Source: Nemertoderma westbladi (Eukaryota > Animalia > Xenacoelomorpha). Taken from it: a stretch of DNA of 64,000 bases. Below the pieces are notes generated by a model that saw nothing but the letters and a program-made list of their open reading frames with translations, ran no database searches and was not told where the DNA came from. Shown here piece after piece: positions 23,726 to 35,204 of this stretch (positions are counted from its first letter, which is position 1; each line of letters begins with the position of its first letter). The translations under genes were made by a program, and so were the position numbers. Location: positions 38,081 through 102,080 of the forward strand of contig JAUCBJ010009105.1 in assembly GCA_032718475.1 (NCBI GenBank). Reading direction: 5' to 3'.

Positions 23726-26529
23726 TAGAGTCAATCAACACAGTGTACAACAGCATAGTACACTGGCGGCCAAACCTATTCCTGGTTCCTCAGGGGGCCG
23801 TGGGTAGAGAATTGGTGGCAGAGATTTCTCGGTTGTTGGCGCTGGCAATCAGTGAAAATCCCCTACATGAGGTCGCCCTCACGGCAATGATGATATTGCC
23901 AGCTCTCCTCTTACAGAAACCGAGTCGGTCTTCAACCACGGCCACACACCGGCACATTCTCCAACGCCGTCTAGTGAGCTGGAGGGAAGCAAAATTCGAC
24001 GAACTCATGGTGGAGGCCAGGGCCATTCAGACACACCTTCCTAAGCGACGACCCCCAGCCTCTCAGGACGTAGCACTCCAGAAGGCGTTCACCCGCCACA
24101 TGCTGACTGGGAATATTTCGGCGGCGACGAGAGTTCTTGGACAGTTACACCGCGGTTCTCCACTGAGTCTGAATGACTCATTCACGGACAAAGATGGGAA
24201 AACCAAGGTGGTCCGGGATGTTCTGCGAGCGAAACATCCTCCAGCGCAGCCCGCAGACGAGTCGACCCTGCTATCGCATTTCCCTGAGGCGCCACAGCAC
24301 CACAGCGTTGTGTTTGAGGCGATCGATGGGAAGCTCATCCTTGGGAGCTTGCTTAGAATGAAGGGAAACGCCGCTGGTCCATCGGGAGTTGATGTTCAGG
24401 GTTGGAAGCACCTCCTTACCCGGTTTCGGACACAGTCTTCCGAGCTGGGTGAGAGGATCGCAGACTTGGCGAAACAACTCGCACAGACCAAGACTTCTCA
24501 GGGGTCTCTATCTGCGCTACTGTCTGCCAGACTTATTGCACTGGACAAAAACCCGGGCGTCAGACCCATAGGGATAGGTGAGGTGTTGCGCCGCGTCATA
24601 GGTAAATCTATCACCCATTGTATCCGTCAGGATCTTGAGTCTGTCGGTGGGAACACCCAACTCTGTCTGGGTCAGAAGGCTGGCATTGAATTCGCCATCC
24701 ACAGCCTCACGATGGAGTGGGACTCGGACGACTGTGACGGGGTTCTACAGATAGACGCTACAAATGCCTTCAACGTACTGAACCGTTCGGCTGCCCTCCA
24801 CAACATTGGAGTTGTCTGCCCTGCCCTTCTCACCGTAGTCACCAATTGCTACAGCGAACCAGCTCGACTCTTTGTGGGAGGGGAGACGTTGCTCTCTGAA
24901 GAGGGGACCACACAGGGTGACCCCATTGCCATGGCGATGTATGGGTGCTCCATTATGCCACTATTAGCTGAGTTGGGACGTGCAAGCAAGGCCACACAGC
25001 GGTGGTATGCGGATGATGGCAATGCGGCAGGAAAACTCACTGACCTACGGGCCTTCCTAGAGGTCGCTACCACAAGGGGTCCTCTCTTCGGCTACTTCCC
25101 ATCCAAGTGTCACCTCACAGTGAAACCAGCAATGTTGGAAGAGGCTGAGATTCTTTTCGCCAATACTGGTGTCACCATCAACACGACAGGCCATGAGCTA
25201 CTCGGCGGGGTTGTTGGCACTGAGGAGTATCGCACCACGTTCCTAGAAGAGAAGGCTCAGGAGTTCGCCATGGAAGTGGATCGTCTCGCAGGGGTGGCAG
25301 CAGTGGACCCCCACTGTGCGTACGCGGGCCTCGCGTTTGGCCTTGCCTGTCGGTGGCGGTTCATCACCCGTGTTGTATCCACCGCGCCAGCCCATCTCAC
25401 CCTGTTGGAGGAGGCTGTAAATCGATTCCTTTGCCGTCTCACCGATCGGCCAGCCATCTCAAAAGAGGAACGCCTGTTACTTTCCCTGCCAGTCCGTGAC
25501 GGGGGTATCGGCATTCCGGTGCCCACTGACCTGTCACATCAGTATACCAGCTCGCTTCGGGTCTGTGAGCCATTCATCAGCGCCACACCAGATACAATGG
25601 GGCAGGTCCGGGAGAAACAAACGGAGGTGGTGGGCAGGTTGAAGGTAGAGGCGCTGCTCCAGTCGATGGAAAAGAGAGAGGAAGTGGTGGGAATATTATC
25701 TCCTCCCCAGCGGCGGCTCCACGGACTGACCACCGAAAAGGGCGCTTCTATCTGGCTCAACACCAAGCCACTCATCCTCCAGGACACCCACCTGGACAAG
25801 GGTGAATTCAGGGATGCCCTGTGCCTCCGATATGGGTGGATGCCAAAGTCTCTACCGTCTCGTTGTGTCTGTGGGGAGCGATTTTCTCCTACCCACGTTC
25901 TGTCGTGCCCCACTGGAGGATTTCCTTCCATCAGGCACAACGAGATCCGGGACTTTGTCGCTGATGCTCTGACGGAGGTGTCACATAATGTGGCTGTGGA
26001 GCCAGTCCTCCAACCGCTAACGGGCGAGCAGTTTGAACACCGCAGCACTTCAACGGACCAGCTGGCGAGATTGGACGTCTCAGTGAGCGGCTTCTGGGGC
26101 AATCGGTTCCAGAAGACGTTCCTAGACGTCTCAGTCTTCAATCCACTGGCAGAAACTAATGCTGCCATGTCCCTACCGTCAGCCCACCTTTACCATGAAG
26201 CGCGGAAGAACCTAAAGTATCAGGAACGAGTGAGGGAGGTGGAACACGCCACCTTCACGCCTCTGATATTTTCCGCGTTTGGTGGTATGGCGCCTTCAGC
26301 CATACATCTGGTGAAGCGGTTGGCGCACCGCCTGGCGGAGAAGAGAGAAACGCGGTATGCGGAGTGCATCACATGGGTTCGGCGAAAGTTGAACTTCGCG
26401 TTGTTGCGGTCGGCCCTCATGTGTCTCCGTGGACACCGGTCGGCTGCTAGACGACCCATTCGCTGCACAAATTCAGTTGCAGACATAGCCATTGTGCATG
26501 CGAATGCGGATGTTGCCCCACCGCCGTAG
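23707..26529 (+). CDS. Reverse transcriptase / RLE endonuclease polyprotein of CRE-type element (frame is open upstream to about 22918)
   Basis: RT motifs RPIGIGEVLRR, IDATNAFN, GTTQGDP, WYADD and LPVRDGGIGI. Zinc knuckle CVCG...HVLSC. RLE motifs RHNEIRD, EP, RLDV, FLDVSV and EARKNLKY. No stops over 940 aa. Confidence 0.92.
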   Translation: MPRHQIIESINTVYNSIVHWRPNLFLVPQGAVGRELVAEISRLLALAISENPLHEVALTAMMILPALLLQKPSRSSTTATHRHILQRRLVSWREAKFDELMVEARAIQTHLPKRRPPASQDVALQKAFTRHMLTGNISAATRVLGQLHRGSPLSLNDSFTDKDGKTKVVRDVLRAKHPPAQPADESTLLSHFPEAPQHHSVVFEAIDGKLILGSLLRMKGNAAGPSGVDVQGWKHLLTRFRTQSSELGERIADLAKQLAQTKTSQGSLSALLSARLIALDKNPGVRPIGIGEVLRRVIGKSITHCIRQDLESVGGNTQLCLGQKAGIEFAIHSLTMEWDSDDCDGVLQIDATNAFNVLNRSAALHNIGVVCPALLTVVTNCYSEPARLFVGGETLLSEEGTTQGDPIAMAMYGCSIMPLLAELGRASKATQRWYADDGNAAGKLTDLRAFLEVATTRGPLFGYFPSKCHLTVKPAMLEEAEILFANTGVTINTTGHELLGGVVGTEEYRTTFLEEKAQEFAMEVDRLAGVAAVDPHCAYAGLAFGLACRWRFITRVVSTAPAHLTLLEEAVNRFLCRLTDRPAISKEERLLLSLPVRDGGIGIPVPTDLSHQYTSSLRVCEPFISATPDTMGQVREKQTEVVGRLKVEALLQSMEKREEVVGILSPPQRRLHGLTTEKGASIWLNTKPLILQDTHLDKGEFRDALCLRYGWMPKSLPSRCVCGERFSPTHVLSCPTGGFPSIRHNEIRDFVADALTEVSHNVAVEPVLQPLTGEQFEHRSTSTDQLARLDVSVSGFWGNRFQKTFLDVSVFNPLAETNAAMSLPSAHLYHEARKNLKYQERVREVEHATFTPLIFSAFGGMAPSAIHLVKRLAHRLAEKRETRYAECITWVRRKLNFALLRSALMCLRGHRSAARRPIRCTNSVADIAIVHANADVAPPP

Positions 26530-26704
26530 ACCACAACGAGTGAAGACAAGACCACGAAGAAACTGATGTTAATGATTTTTTTTTGTGTGTAACTCTATAT
26601 ATAATTTTTGATCTCGTAATAATTTTCAACTATGTGAATTTGTTATATTTATTAGCTATAGATATAGTTTAACTAAATATATTATACTAAGAGACTTGAT
26701 ATTG

Positions 26705-27200
26705 TAACTCTAACTCTAACTAGGTACTACGCACCTACTAACTCTAACTCTAACTAGGTACTACGTACCTACTAACTCTTACTAACTCTCTAACGGTACT
26801 ACGTACCTACTAACTCTCTAACTATCGGTACTACGTACCCTCTAACTCTAACTAGGTACTACGTACCTACTGACTCTCTAACTAACTCTAGGTACTACGT
26901 ACCTACTAACTCTCTAACTCTAGGTACTACGTACCTACTAACTCTAACTCTAACTAGGTACTACGTACCTACTGACTCTCTAACTAGGTACTACGTACCT
27001 ACTAACTCTAACTCTAACTAGGTACCACGTACCCTCTAACTCTCTAACTATCGGTACTACGTACCCTTTAACTCCTACTCTCTGACGGTAGAGAGACTCT
27101 CTAACTCTTACTCTAACACTAACTATCAGTGCTAACTGACTAACTAACTAACTCTGACTCTAGGTACTACGTACCTCCTAAATAACTCCTAACTACCTAA
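26705..27200. repeat. Continuation of the TAACTC / TAGGTACTACGTACCTA low-complexity array
   Basis: Same motifs as 22000-22303. Confidence 0.85.
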
Positions 27201-27236
27201 CTTCTACCTACTTTATTATTTAATTATTTTATTTAA

Positions 27237-28043
27237 TTAAATAATTATTTTATATTTTGTGCGTGGGAAGGGCGTCTCGCCCTCATTCCCACCCCCCTCA
27301 GTCCAAAACTTTGGACGACTAAAAACTCTCACGTGCCCCTTCTTCCGGTAGGCACTCTCCTGCTGCCCTCCTATACGTCCTCTAACTCTTCGCCACACTC
27401 TCTTCGGTGCCACCTTTGCTGGCCTCCCCCTTCGTATGTGCGCTGGCATTAGAGCCCTCGACGACCCCCGCTTGTCCCTCGGTATACGCGGTGTCTGCCC
27501 ATGTAATGCCCCCCCGCACTGTGTCAGCCCTGCGTGTGTATGCAACACGCCTCCTACTACTTTCCCGACTCCTTTGCTCATGGACTTCTCTACCCCTGGT
27601 TTAGTCCTTTCACATCCTCTCCCTTTCCAACACTCTCCGGATCTGTGTCCTTTTACCACACATCGGTGACATAGTCCGTTTGCGTCTGTGTAGGCTACAC
27701 GATCTCGTTTGGGCAACGCTTGCCAGTACTTGCAACTCCTGGTCTTATGGGTTCCGTCCCGATGTAATTGACATTGGAATCCTGGATTATAGCGTTTCCT
27801 GTATAGTCCTTCACGTATCGCGCTTAGGTTTATATGTGCCGATTTAATGTTTTGGTTGTCTAGACTCGGCCTACTGGGTATATTGGGATTGTGTTTATTA
27901 TATATGGTGTTATTTTCTTTCTGTCCCCGCCACGGTGTGGCCCTGCTACCAGCTAACTGTGGACTAGCAGTCCCCTGTACGGCCGCGTGTGGTGGTGACT
28001 GTCCGCACGACCTGTTCTCGTCCAGGGAGTTCGATATTCTTGC
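27237..28043 (-). pseudogene. BEL/Pao-type gag C-terminal fragment (tandem zinc knuckles), 5' truncated
   Basis: The frame is open from 28043 and reads ...CQLHRDGTHKTRSCKYWQALPKRDRVAYTDANGLCHRCVVKGHRSGEC.... The spacing CxxH-x4-H-x4-C...R-x7-GLCxxC-x4-H-x4-C is typical of BEL/Pao gag. Confidence 0.7.
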
Positions 28044-29597
28044 GGGCCTCCCTAAAACCCGGTCCGGTCCCGGTCCCCGGTCCCGGTCCCCAAGACCCCT
28101 AAAACCCGGTCCGCCGGTCCCAATGATAGTCTACGGGGAATTTATCCAAAACTAGGACCGGGTAAAACCCGGTCGGTCCTGACCCCTAAAAGTCGGTCCA
28201 TAAAAACCGGTCCATGCTTGGATTGGCCAATGAAGAAATATTCCAGCCAATAAAACAAGGATAGTGATATACAGCCAATGAAAAGCTTTGGTTCTGATGA
28301 GATACAGAAGCAACTTAGGCAATGAAAGTGTCAGGCTTTAACTTCTGGGGAGAGGCAGAATTGCAAGCCATTAGCGAACATCTTTAATTATTCTAGAGCC
28401 GTTATCCAAATGTCTGCGTGCGTATGTCTGTCCTAAAGTACTGAAGGACCATATCTGCTGTGATATTCCATTTTCGGATATAATGGTTATCAAACCCTTA
28501 GACGAAGATCCTTGGAGTGCTGCGGCTGTTAAAGATTTTAAGATGTTAAAGATGGCAGATAGAAGTGGCATTGGAAATGGGTTGCTCTACAGTAGGCCTA
28601 GTTATGGACGGGTTATACAGTATGTTCCCCTATCCATCCATCAACACGAATCCCCTGATGCCATAGTTTTTTCCTTGAACTTATTGGAGGCATTTCAAAG
28701 ACGTATATTGGACCTCCAGAATGGGGTCTAATGATCCGTGCCGATGAGTTATTTACCAAATGGGAATCTGGGCACATTAAAATTTTATAATATTCATCAA
28801 ATGATTTTTTACCTTCTGAATGACAATAAATTTTTGCCATTGACATTTTTATCGAACGTGGTAGGTACTATGCTAGTTAGTAATTGCTTTCCTGGCTAAG
28901 TTGATATGTGTAGGAGGTAGGTATGATGATCAGAACACATTAATAACCGCGTTATTTTTTAGTTTTATCAAGGTATAGGCATGTGGCTTTCTAGCCATTA
29001 CCGGTGGTATACTATAGAAACTGAAACAGTACATGCAATGACTGTCCAACTTGTACACCATACGATCTGCATCATGGCCTACTACTGTACAGTACATTAG
29101 AGTGGCTATCATGCCTGCGCAATAGTCTGATAAAAATAACCCTAAAGTGATTACTGCCATCGGTTCCATATTACTTAGATTATTATTATTATTATTTAAT
29201 CCAGGCATACATAGCCCATAAAAGACAGTAAATATTTAACATGGAACACAAATACCGGAGGCACAAGATAATTGGAAGGGAGACCGAATCAAGGACAACA
29301 AAATTATTGTTATAAAAAAATAATACTCAATTAAGTACGTCATAAATAGAGACTGAATTTAATTGGGGTGTGTAATATATTTATAATGTAATTGCTAAAA
29401 CCTCCAAAAACCTCCATATACTTATAGAGATCATCTAGCGATTTTTATGACATTTTCCATGATCCTTAAGGCAAGCAAGGCCCTTTCACATCCAAACGGA
29501 ACGGTACACGGCGCGGTACCGCAGGGCCAGCGGTGCACCGCTGAGTGTGAACGACCCTGCGGTATACGAGCGATCTTAATACGAGCGGCCGATTTAA

Positions 29598-29990
29598 ACT
29601 CATTTTATATGCCGACGACAGTGCTCTTATTTTCTCTCATAAAGATCCTATCCATATTTCCCAAAAGTTCAGTGCAGTTCTAGAATCCTGTAATGAGTGG
29701 TTGGTTGATAATAAGCTAAACCATTCACTACGGTAAGACTGAAAGTATTTTGTTTGGTTCCAAAAGAAAGTTAAATAAGGTAACTAAGTTTGAAGTCACT
29801 AGTAATGGACATAATATTGAAAATAAAAAGGAAGTTAAATATTTAGGCGCCACATTGGATAACTGCTTATCAGGAGAAAGCATAGCGAAAAATATTTTCT
29901 CGAAAGTTAACAGTAGGCTTAGGTTTCTATACAGAAATAAAAATAGTTTAAACACCGACTCCCGCAAGTTACTTTGCCCTTCTTTAATTA
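29598..29990 (+). pseudogene. L2/Crack-like LINE RT fragment
   Basis: LYADDSAL...NEWLVDNKL, then a frameshift, then GKTESILFGS...KYLGATLD...RLRFLYR. Confidence 0.8.
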
Positions 29991-30149
29991 GTAGTATATT
30001 ATTCAAACTTAGGTCACTTAAGACCCCTGTTGATAGATTACAAGCACAAGCTCAGTTATGGATAATTATTTACCAATTATACTGCACATCAACAATATAG
30101 AGCTTATCTATACATTATACAATATATTCCAAAATGAAAATAAACAATA

Positions 30150-31165
30150 TTGAAGAGCACACAATAAAAAATAAATATAATAAGAAATCGCATTTCAAAG
30201 CAAAAATATGTTATGTATAGTTTTCAAAACCCGAGCTCCCTACAGATCCCCTTGCCTTCATTGCATAAATATATACAATGCTATTCTGAAAACTATGTTA
30301 TTGTCGACCGCGCACATCAATTTGTTGAATTTGAAAATGGACGGGTACTGAGAAAAGAACCAACCAAGATAATTACAACGTAAAGAATTATATTTCTCGC
30401 ATACCAGAAGGAAATGGTACTCGTCCTCCACATCTCCGTTGCCACAAACAATACAAAGACGTTGATCCCGAGGAATGTTATACCATCTACCGGTTTCGAT
30501 TGCAAGATAGTGGGAACTACAACGGAAGCGCGCAAAGGACTGTCTTAGACTCAAATGATTGTGCAGAAGTTGAATATATGAAGATGTCCTGAAGGTTTCC
30601 TTAATGTAAAAAGCTCCCTTTGGTGATTCGACAATATCCTGTCTCCATCTCTGTTTAAATTGATCTCTGATGCGAACTTTTACTGATGCAAGGAACTGCG
30701 TTCTGGGCTGTATTAATTCACTCTGGGTGGACCACACATTACTGTAACCGAGGCTGTTCAATAAATCTCTCACCTTGGTTGCCCAATTAACTATTGAAGG
30801 GTCCTGGACAGAGTCGTCAAGCATCATTGAATATGCTCTCTTCAATAGACGAGTTTTGGGCAGTGCCACTACCTTCAACCAATACTTAATAATGCTTTGA
30901 TACCTGCCTGTATAAAGTGGAAACTGTCCAGTCTCACCATAAACCACGAAATTGGGAGAATTACTGCGGATACGCAAAATTTTTTTACAAATTTCAGATT
31001 GACGCGTTCTATATCAATTGCTTCTTGGAATCCCCATACTTCGCTACCGTAGTTTAATATCGGTTTAATAAGTGCATTAAACAAAAATATCGCTACATCA
31101 AATGGCAAACATGGATATTTTACAAATAATTTGAGTAATGAAAAATAAGCAATCTCCATTGATTG
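30150..31165 (-). pseudogene. 5'-truncated LINE 3' end (RTE-X/L2-group-like C-terminal domain)
   Basis: LFNALIKPILNYGSEVWG, then a frameshift near 30980, then VYGETGQFPL...FARFRCSSHYLAIETGRW...CIVC...EDEYHFLLVC. Confidence 0.8.
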
Positions 31166-32073
31166 TCCAGCAATCTCCAGACGCAGGGCGCGTGGCCTAC
31201 ATTTTAATGGCACAATGAATAACGTATAGTATTGTAGGAAATGATAATTGCCCCGACGGGGGGGGGGGGGGGGGGGGGGTTGTTCTGCGTCGTTAGTTCC
31301 TATGGCCTTTAGGTCCTGTATCATTCATTACGTGTCATACTGTATATATCTACTGAATTACGCAGGACCTAATGTCAGAATGTCTCAGCCTAAGGACCTA
31401 ATGATGCAGGACCTAAGGACAACTCACAGGAACTAAAGGCCGAGAGACGCAGGACCTAACGGCCAAAGAACCTACTGTAATGAAGCGTTAGCGATGCCGG
31501 TGGGGATGTGGGGGATGGTGTGGTGGTGACAAAATCCGAGGTCACATATCCAAGGCCATGTCACATCGGAAATCAATGGTAATTTCATTTTGTTATACAG
31601 TAGTGTACTACTGTACTGTGTATAGTATACAGTGTGGGGCCTTACTACAATGCTAGAGATATAAAGTGGGAAATAAGGCCGTGTGATAATTCCCACGGAT
31701 TAATATGATGCAGGCCTACCTATAGGCCTACTGTGTACTGTATATAGACAAAGACAGAAAGATAATCCCAGTAATAAAGTAAACACCGCTGTATCTGTGT
31801 ATAGCAGCCAGCAGTAATACTATTTAACCTTGTTTCATTGGCTGGAATATTACTATTCTTGTTTTATTGGCTGGAATATTTTTTCATTGGCCAATCCAAG
31901 CATGGACCGGCTTTTATGGACCGACTTTTAGGGGTCAGGACCGACCGGGTTTTACCCGGTCCTAGTTTTGGATAAATTCCCCGTAGACTATCATTGGGAC
32001 CGGCGGACCGGGTTTTAGGGGTCTTGGGGACCGGGACCGGGGACCGGGACCGGACCGGGTTTTAGGGAGGCCC

Positions 32074-32320
32074 CCACAATTCCCACATAACTGCCATGAT
32101 CAATTTAGGGGATGTTAACACTCTAAAAATATGAATTGAGTGATTAGTTTTCGAGTTATTGTACAAAATGTCAAGGTTAGGTCCATCAATTAATGACCTT
32201 ATATTGAGCTGACTCAGTCCAGACGTTTTGTACAATAACTCGAGAACTAATCACTGAACTCATATTATTAGAGATTCAACATCCCCTAAATTGATCACTG
32301 CAGTTATGTGTAAATTGTGG
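32074..32320. repeat. Imperfect ~100-bp inverted repeat (foldback)
   Basis: CCACAATTCCCACATAACTGCCATGATCAATTTAGGGGATGTT...GTACAAAATGTC pairs with GACGTTTTGTAC...AACATCCCCTAAATTGATCACTGCAGTTATGTGTAAATTGTGG. Confidence 0.8.
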
Positions 32321-32524
32321 ATGCCTTGAGATAATTAGAAGTATCATTTTTAGTGTATTTGTCAATAAACTACTCGCTCTATGCTTGTTTTGAAGGTGTC
32401 TACACCAACTAAATCGGTCATTGCGGTTCTAATGAGCATAATATCAATGCGGTAGGAATACTAGAAGTTGATCATCATAATAATTGGGAAAATGACTCAC
32501 TAGCGGCTAATGTTAACTTGTACC

Positions 32525-35021
32525 AGACGAGGTCTACCCAGCTGTGCTGAAAGAACTCTCTTCTGAAATATGTTTACCCTTGAAACATATTTTTCAGAAG
32601 TCAATGGATACAGCAACGGTACCGCAGCAATGGAAGTTAGCCAATATTACGCCAATATTTAAAAGTGGAAAAAAGAATGCCTCTGAAAATTACAGACGGA
32701 TAAGTCTCACTTCTGTTGTCGCCAAGCTGATGGAAAGAATTGTGGTCGATAACATGTGGATTCACCTTAAAGAAAATGTTTTAATTGTCCACCAACAGTA
32801 CGGATTCCAGCACGGTAAATCGTGTACCCTTCAACTTTTGGATGTTATCTATACGTGGTCACAAGCACTAGACCAAAGACAATGTATAGATATCGCATAC
32901 ATGGACTTCAGCAAGGCATTTGACTGTGTTCCACATCGACGCTTGCTGCACAAACTAGAGACTCTTGGAATAGCTGGAAACCTATTGGGTTGGATTGAGA
33001 ATTTCCTAAGTGATCGGTACCAACGAGTTGTGGTACAGGGCGAACATTCTGATTGGCTGCCAGTGCGAAGTGGAGTGCCACAAGGAAGTGTGGGTGCCGT
33101 TTTGTATTTCCTTGGATTTGTAAATGATATACCAAGTCTGGTGCAATTTCTCATTTTCCTATTCGCAGACGACACCAAGGATAGCTGTATTTTTACTCCT
33201 GACCCTACACTTTCCATCGGACCCCTTCAGACTGATCTCGATATTCTTCACACATGGAGCATCACCTGGCAACTGTTATTCAACCACGACAAATGTAAAA
33301 TCATGCACGTTGGCAATAATAACCCCTGCTTACCATACACTCTTGGCGGGAAGCCGCTAAAAACTACAGATTCCGAGAAAGACCTAGGCGTTACATTCCA
33401 GAACAATTTGTCATTCAGCCGACATATATCAAATATAACAAAGAAAGCGAACCGAACTTTGGGGCTAATATACAGATCATTTAACCATCTAGACTCAGAC
33501 ATCTTTATTGCACTCTTTAAATCTTTGGTCCGTCCAGTTCTAGAATATGCGTCCACAGTATGGTCTCCACACAATATATGTGACATTAGACTAATCGAAT
33601 CTGTGCAACGACGTGCAACAAGACTAGTAAAGGATTTGCGAGATAAGCCTTATCCTACGAGACTACGCGAATTGGGACTACCTACACTGGAATACAGACG
33701 GCATCGCGCAGACCTCGTGCAAATTTACCGTTACCTGAGTGGAATGGAATCGGTCGACTTCAGAAACATGCTCACACTCGCAGAAACTAACCTCCGTGGC
33801 CATTCGCTTAAACTAAACAAACCGCGCGCACGTCTCCTCCAACGCAATGCAACATTCCATTTCCGTGTCATTGACCCCTGGAACGCCTTATCCGAATCTG
33901 TAGTAACCGCCCCCTCACTTAACGCATTCAAATCGAGACTCAATAACCACTACAAAAACTTACCGCTCAAATTTACCCCCTCCTGGTGGTCCGAATAACG
34001 AGACTTAGAGTCAATGACCCCCCCCCCCCCCCCCCCCTCTCCACAAACTCACATTAGTTATATTTAATTGTTTTCTTTTTATAGTCGCACATCAATATTT
34101 ATTTTTATCGCATTTTATCTTATTTTACTTATCTACTTATTTTTCACTTGATCTACTTATTTTTATGTAACTTACAGTATAATCTCTTACCAATCGTTCG
34201 TATTTTTAAATAGACCCAAATGGTGCAACTGTTATTTCTTAAATAATCCAATTCATATGCAATATTTTATTTTAATTAAATCCATCAGTTCTACATACCA
34301 AACTGTTTCTATACAACGATTTTATCGAATATTTTAATTTTATTTTATATTTTATTTTAACCCTTAAAGCTTAAACTGTGTACTTATTTTCTCATCGTGT
34401 AGTGTTAGCTAATCCATGTAAATTTAAGTGTTCAAATGTCTTGATCTATTTTACATACCGTACTGTTTTTATAGCTATGGATTATCTGATATTTTAAATT
34501 AATTTTATATTTTATTTTAACCCTTAAACTATCGATATTAGCCCTAACCGATATACTTGTATCCGATTTTATCGACTGATATGTAACTTTCTGTGTATAC
34601 TCGTGATACTATATAGACTGTCATTTTATTGAATTTGTTTAGTAATTCTAATGTATATTTGTAATTTTTAGTGTATGTATCTGACTTTATCGACTGTTAT
34701 GTAATTTGCTGTGTATACTCGTGATTTTATAGACGTCACTTCAACCCTTTAGCAAGCAAGACATTTTATTAGTAACCATTTTTATAAGAACACTATTTTA
34801 ATTTAACTGCGTCCTTTTATGTTTCAATTGTTTTATATATGTTTTTGTCATTGTTTCGTAAACATGGTCGGTATTGGTCGCAATACTTAATTACTTACCG
34901 GTACTGTTATAATTACTTTCAGTTGGACTTTCTTTTGGTGTGTACGGGTTCCATAAGCATTAGCTTTCTTATACCCAAACTATTAAACATTAAACATTAA
35001 ACAATACCGCATCAAGGCGCC
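32525..35021 (+). mobile_element. 5'-truncated CR1-type LINE with ~1-kb 3' UTR and (ATTAAAC)n tail
   Basis: RT ORF present. Tail ATTAAAC x3 at 34982-35002. TSD-like AATGTTAACTTGTACC at 32509-32524 and 35022-35037. Confidence 0.85.
32544..33998 (+). CDS. CR1 ORF2 reverse transcriptase domain (5' truncated, no endonuclease)
   Basis: WKLANITPIFKSG, DFSKAFDCVPH, SGVPQGSV, FADD, EKDLGV, RPVLEYAS, ESVQRRATR. Confidence 0.88.
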   Translation: MLKELSSEICLPLKHIFQKSMDTATVPQQWKLANITPIFKSGKKNASENYRRISLTSVVAKLMERIVVDNMWIHLKENVLIVHQQYGFQHGKSCTLQLLDVIYTWSQALDQRQCIDIAYMDFSKAFDCVPHRRLLHKLETLGIAGNLLGWIENFLSDRYQRVVVQGEHSDWLPVRSGVPQGSVGAVLYFLGFVNDIPSLVQFLIFLFADDTKDSCIFTPDPTLSIGPLQTDLDILHTWSITWQLLFNHDKCKIMHVGNNNPCLPYTLGGKPLKTTDSEKDLGVTFQNNLSFSRHISNITKKANRTLGLIYRSFNHLDSDIFIALFKSLVRPVLEYASTVWSPHNICDIRLIESVQRRATRLVKDLRDKPYPTRLRELGLPTLEYRRHRADLVQIYRYLSGMESVDFRNMLTLAETNLRGHSLKLNKPRARLLQRNATFHFRVIDPWNALSESVVTAPSLNAFKSRLNNHYKNLPLKFTPSWWSE

Positions 35022-35204
35022 AATGTTAACTTGTACCGGACTTCACATATTCTGCAATATCTCAAAAACTACTCGCTCTATGCTTGTTTTGAAGGTGTCT
35101 ACACCAACTAAATCGGTCATTGCGGTTCTAATGAGCATAATATCAATGCGGTAGGAATACTAGAAGTTGATCATCATAATAATTGGGAAAATGACTCACT
35201 AGCG

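Larger units (their letters stand above)
22304..26704 (+). mobile_element. CRE-clade non-LTR retrotransposon (RT + CCHC + restriction-like endonuclease), apparently full length
   Basis: Flanked by direct repeat TAACTCTAACTCT (22291-22303 and 26705-26717). It interrupts the host low-complexity repeat and has an AT-rich 3' UTR. ORF motifs are given in the CDS entries below. Confidence 0.85.
19754..28043 (-). mobile_element. BEL/Pao-like LTR retroelement remnant (3' LTR, PPT, long low-complexity internal region, partial gag; no pol seen), carrying a nested CRE element
   Basis: On the minus strand the PPT GGGGGGGAG (20285-20293) is followed directly by TGTTAG. The putative LTR 19754-20284 has TGTT...AACA ends. 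A gag-like zinc-knuckle ORF lies at 27237-28043. The 5' part is cut off at a TIR starting at 28044. Confidence 0.65.
28044..32073. mobile_element. Non-autonomous DNA transposon with ~240-bp TIRs (GGGCCTCCCTAAAACCCGG...), carrying LINE fragments
   Basis: 28044-28283 is a near-perfect reverse complement of about 31833-32073. GGGCC ends resemble PIF/Harbinger, but no TSD is visible (flanks TGC and CCA). Confidence 0.75.

Noticed and set aside
22857-23756. Alternative-frame and antisense ORFs (QSSRVP and GDPTGL repeats) as separate genes
   Set aside because: By-products of a stop-free 21-bp repeat.
23790-26629. Antisense and short overlapping ORFs within the RT
   Set aside because: Shadows of a GC-rich coding sequence with no recognisable motifs.
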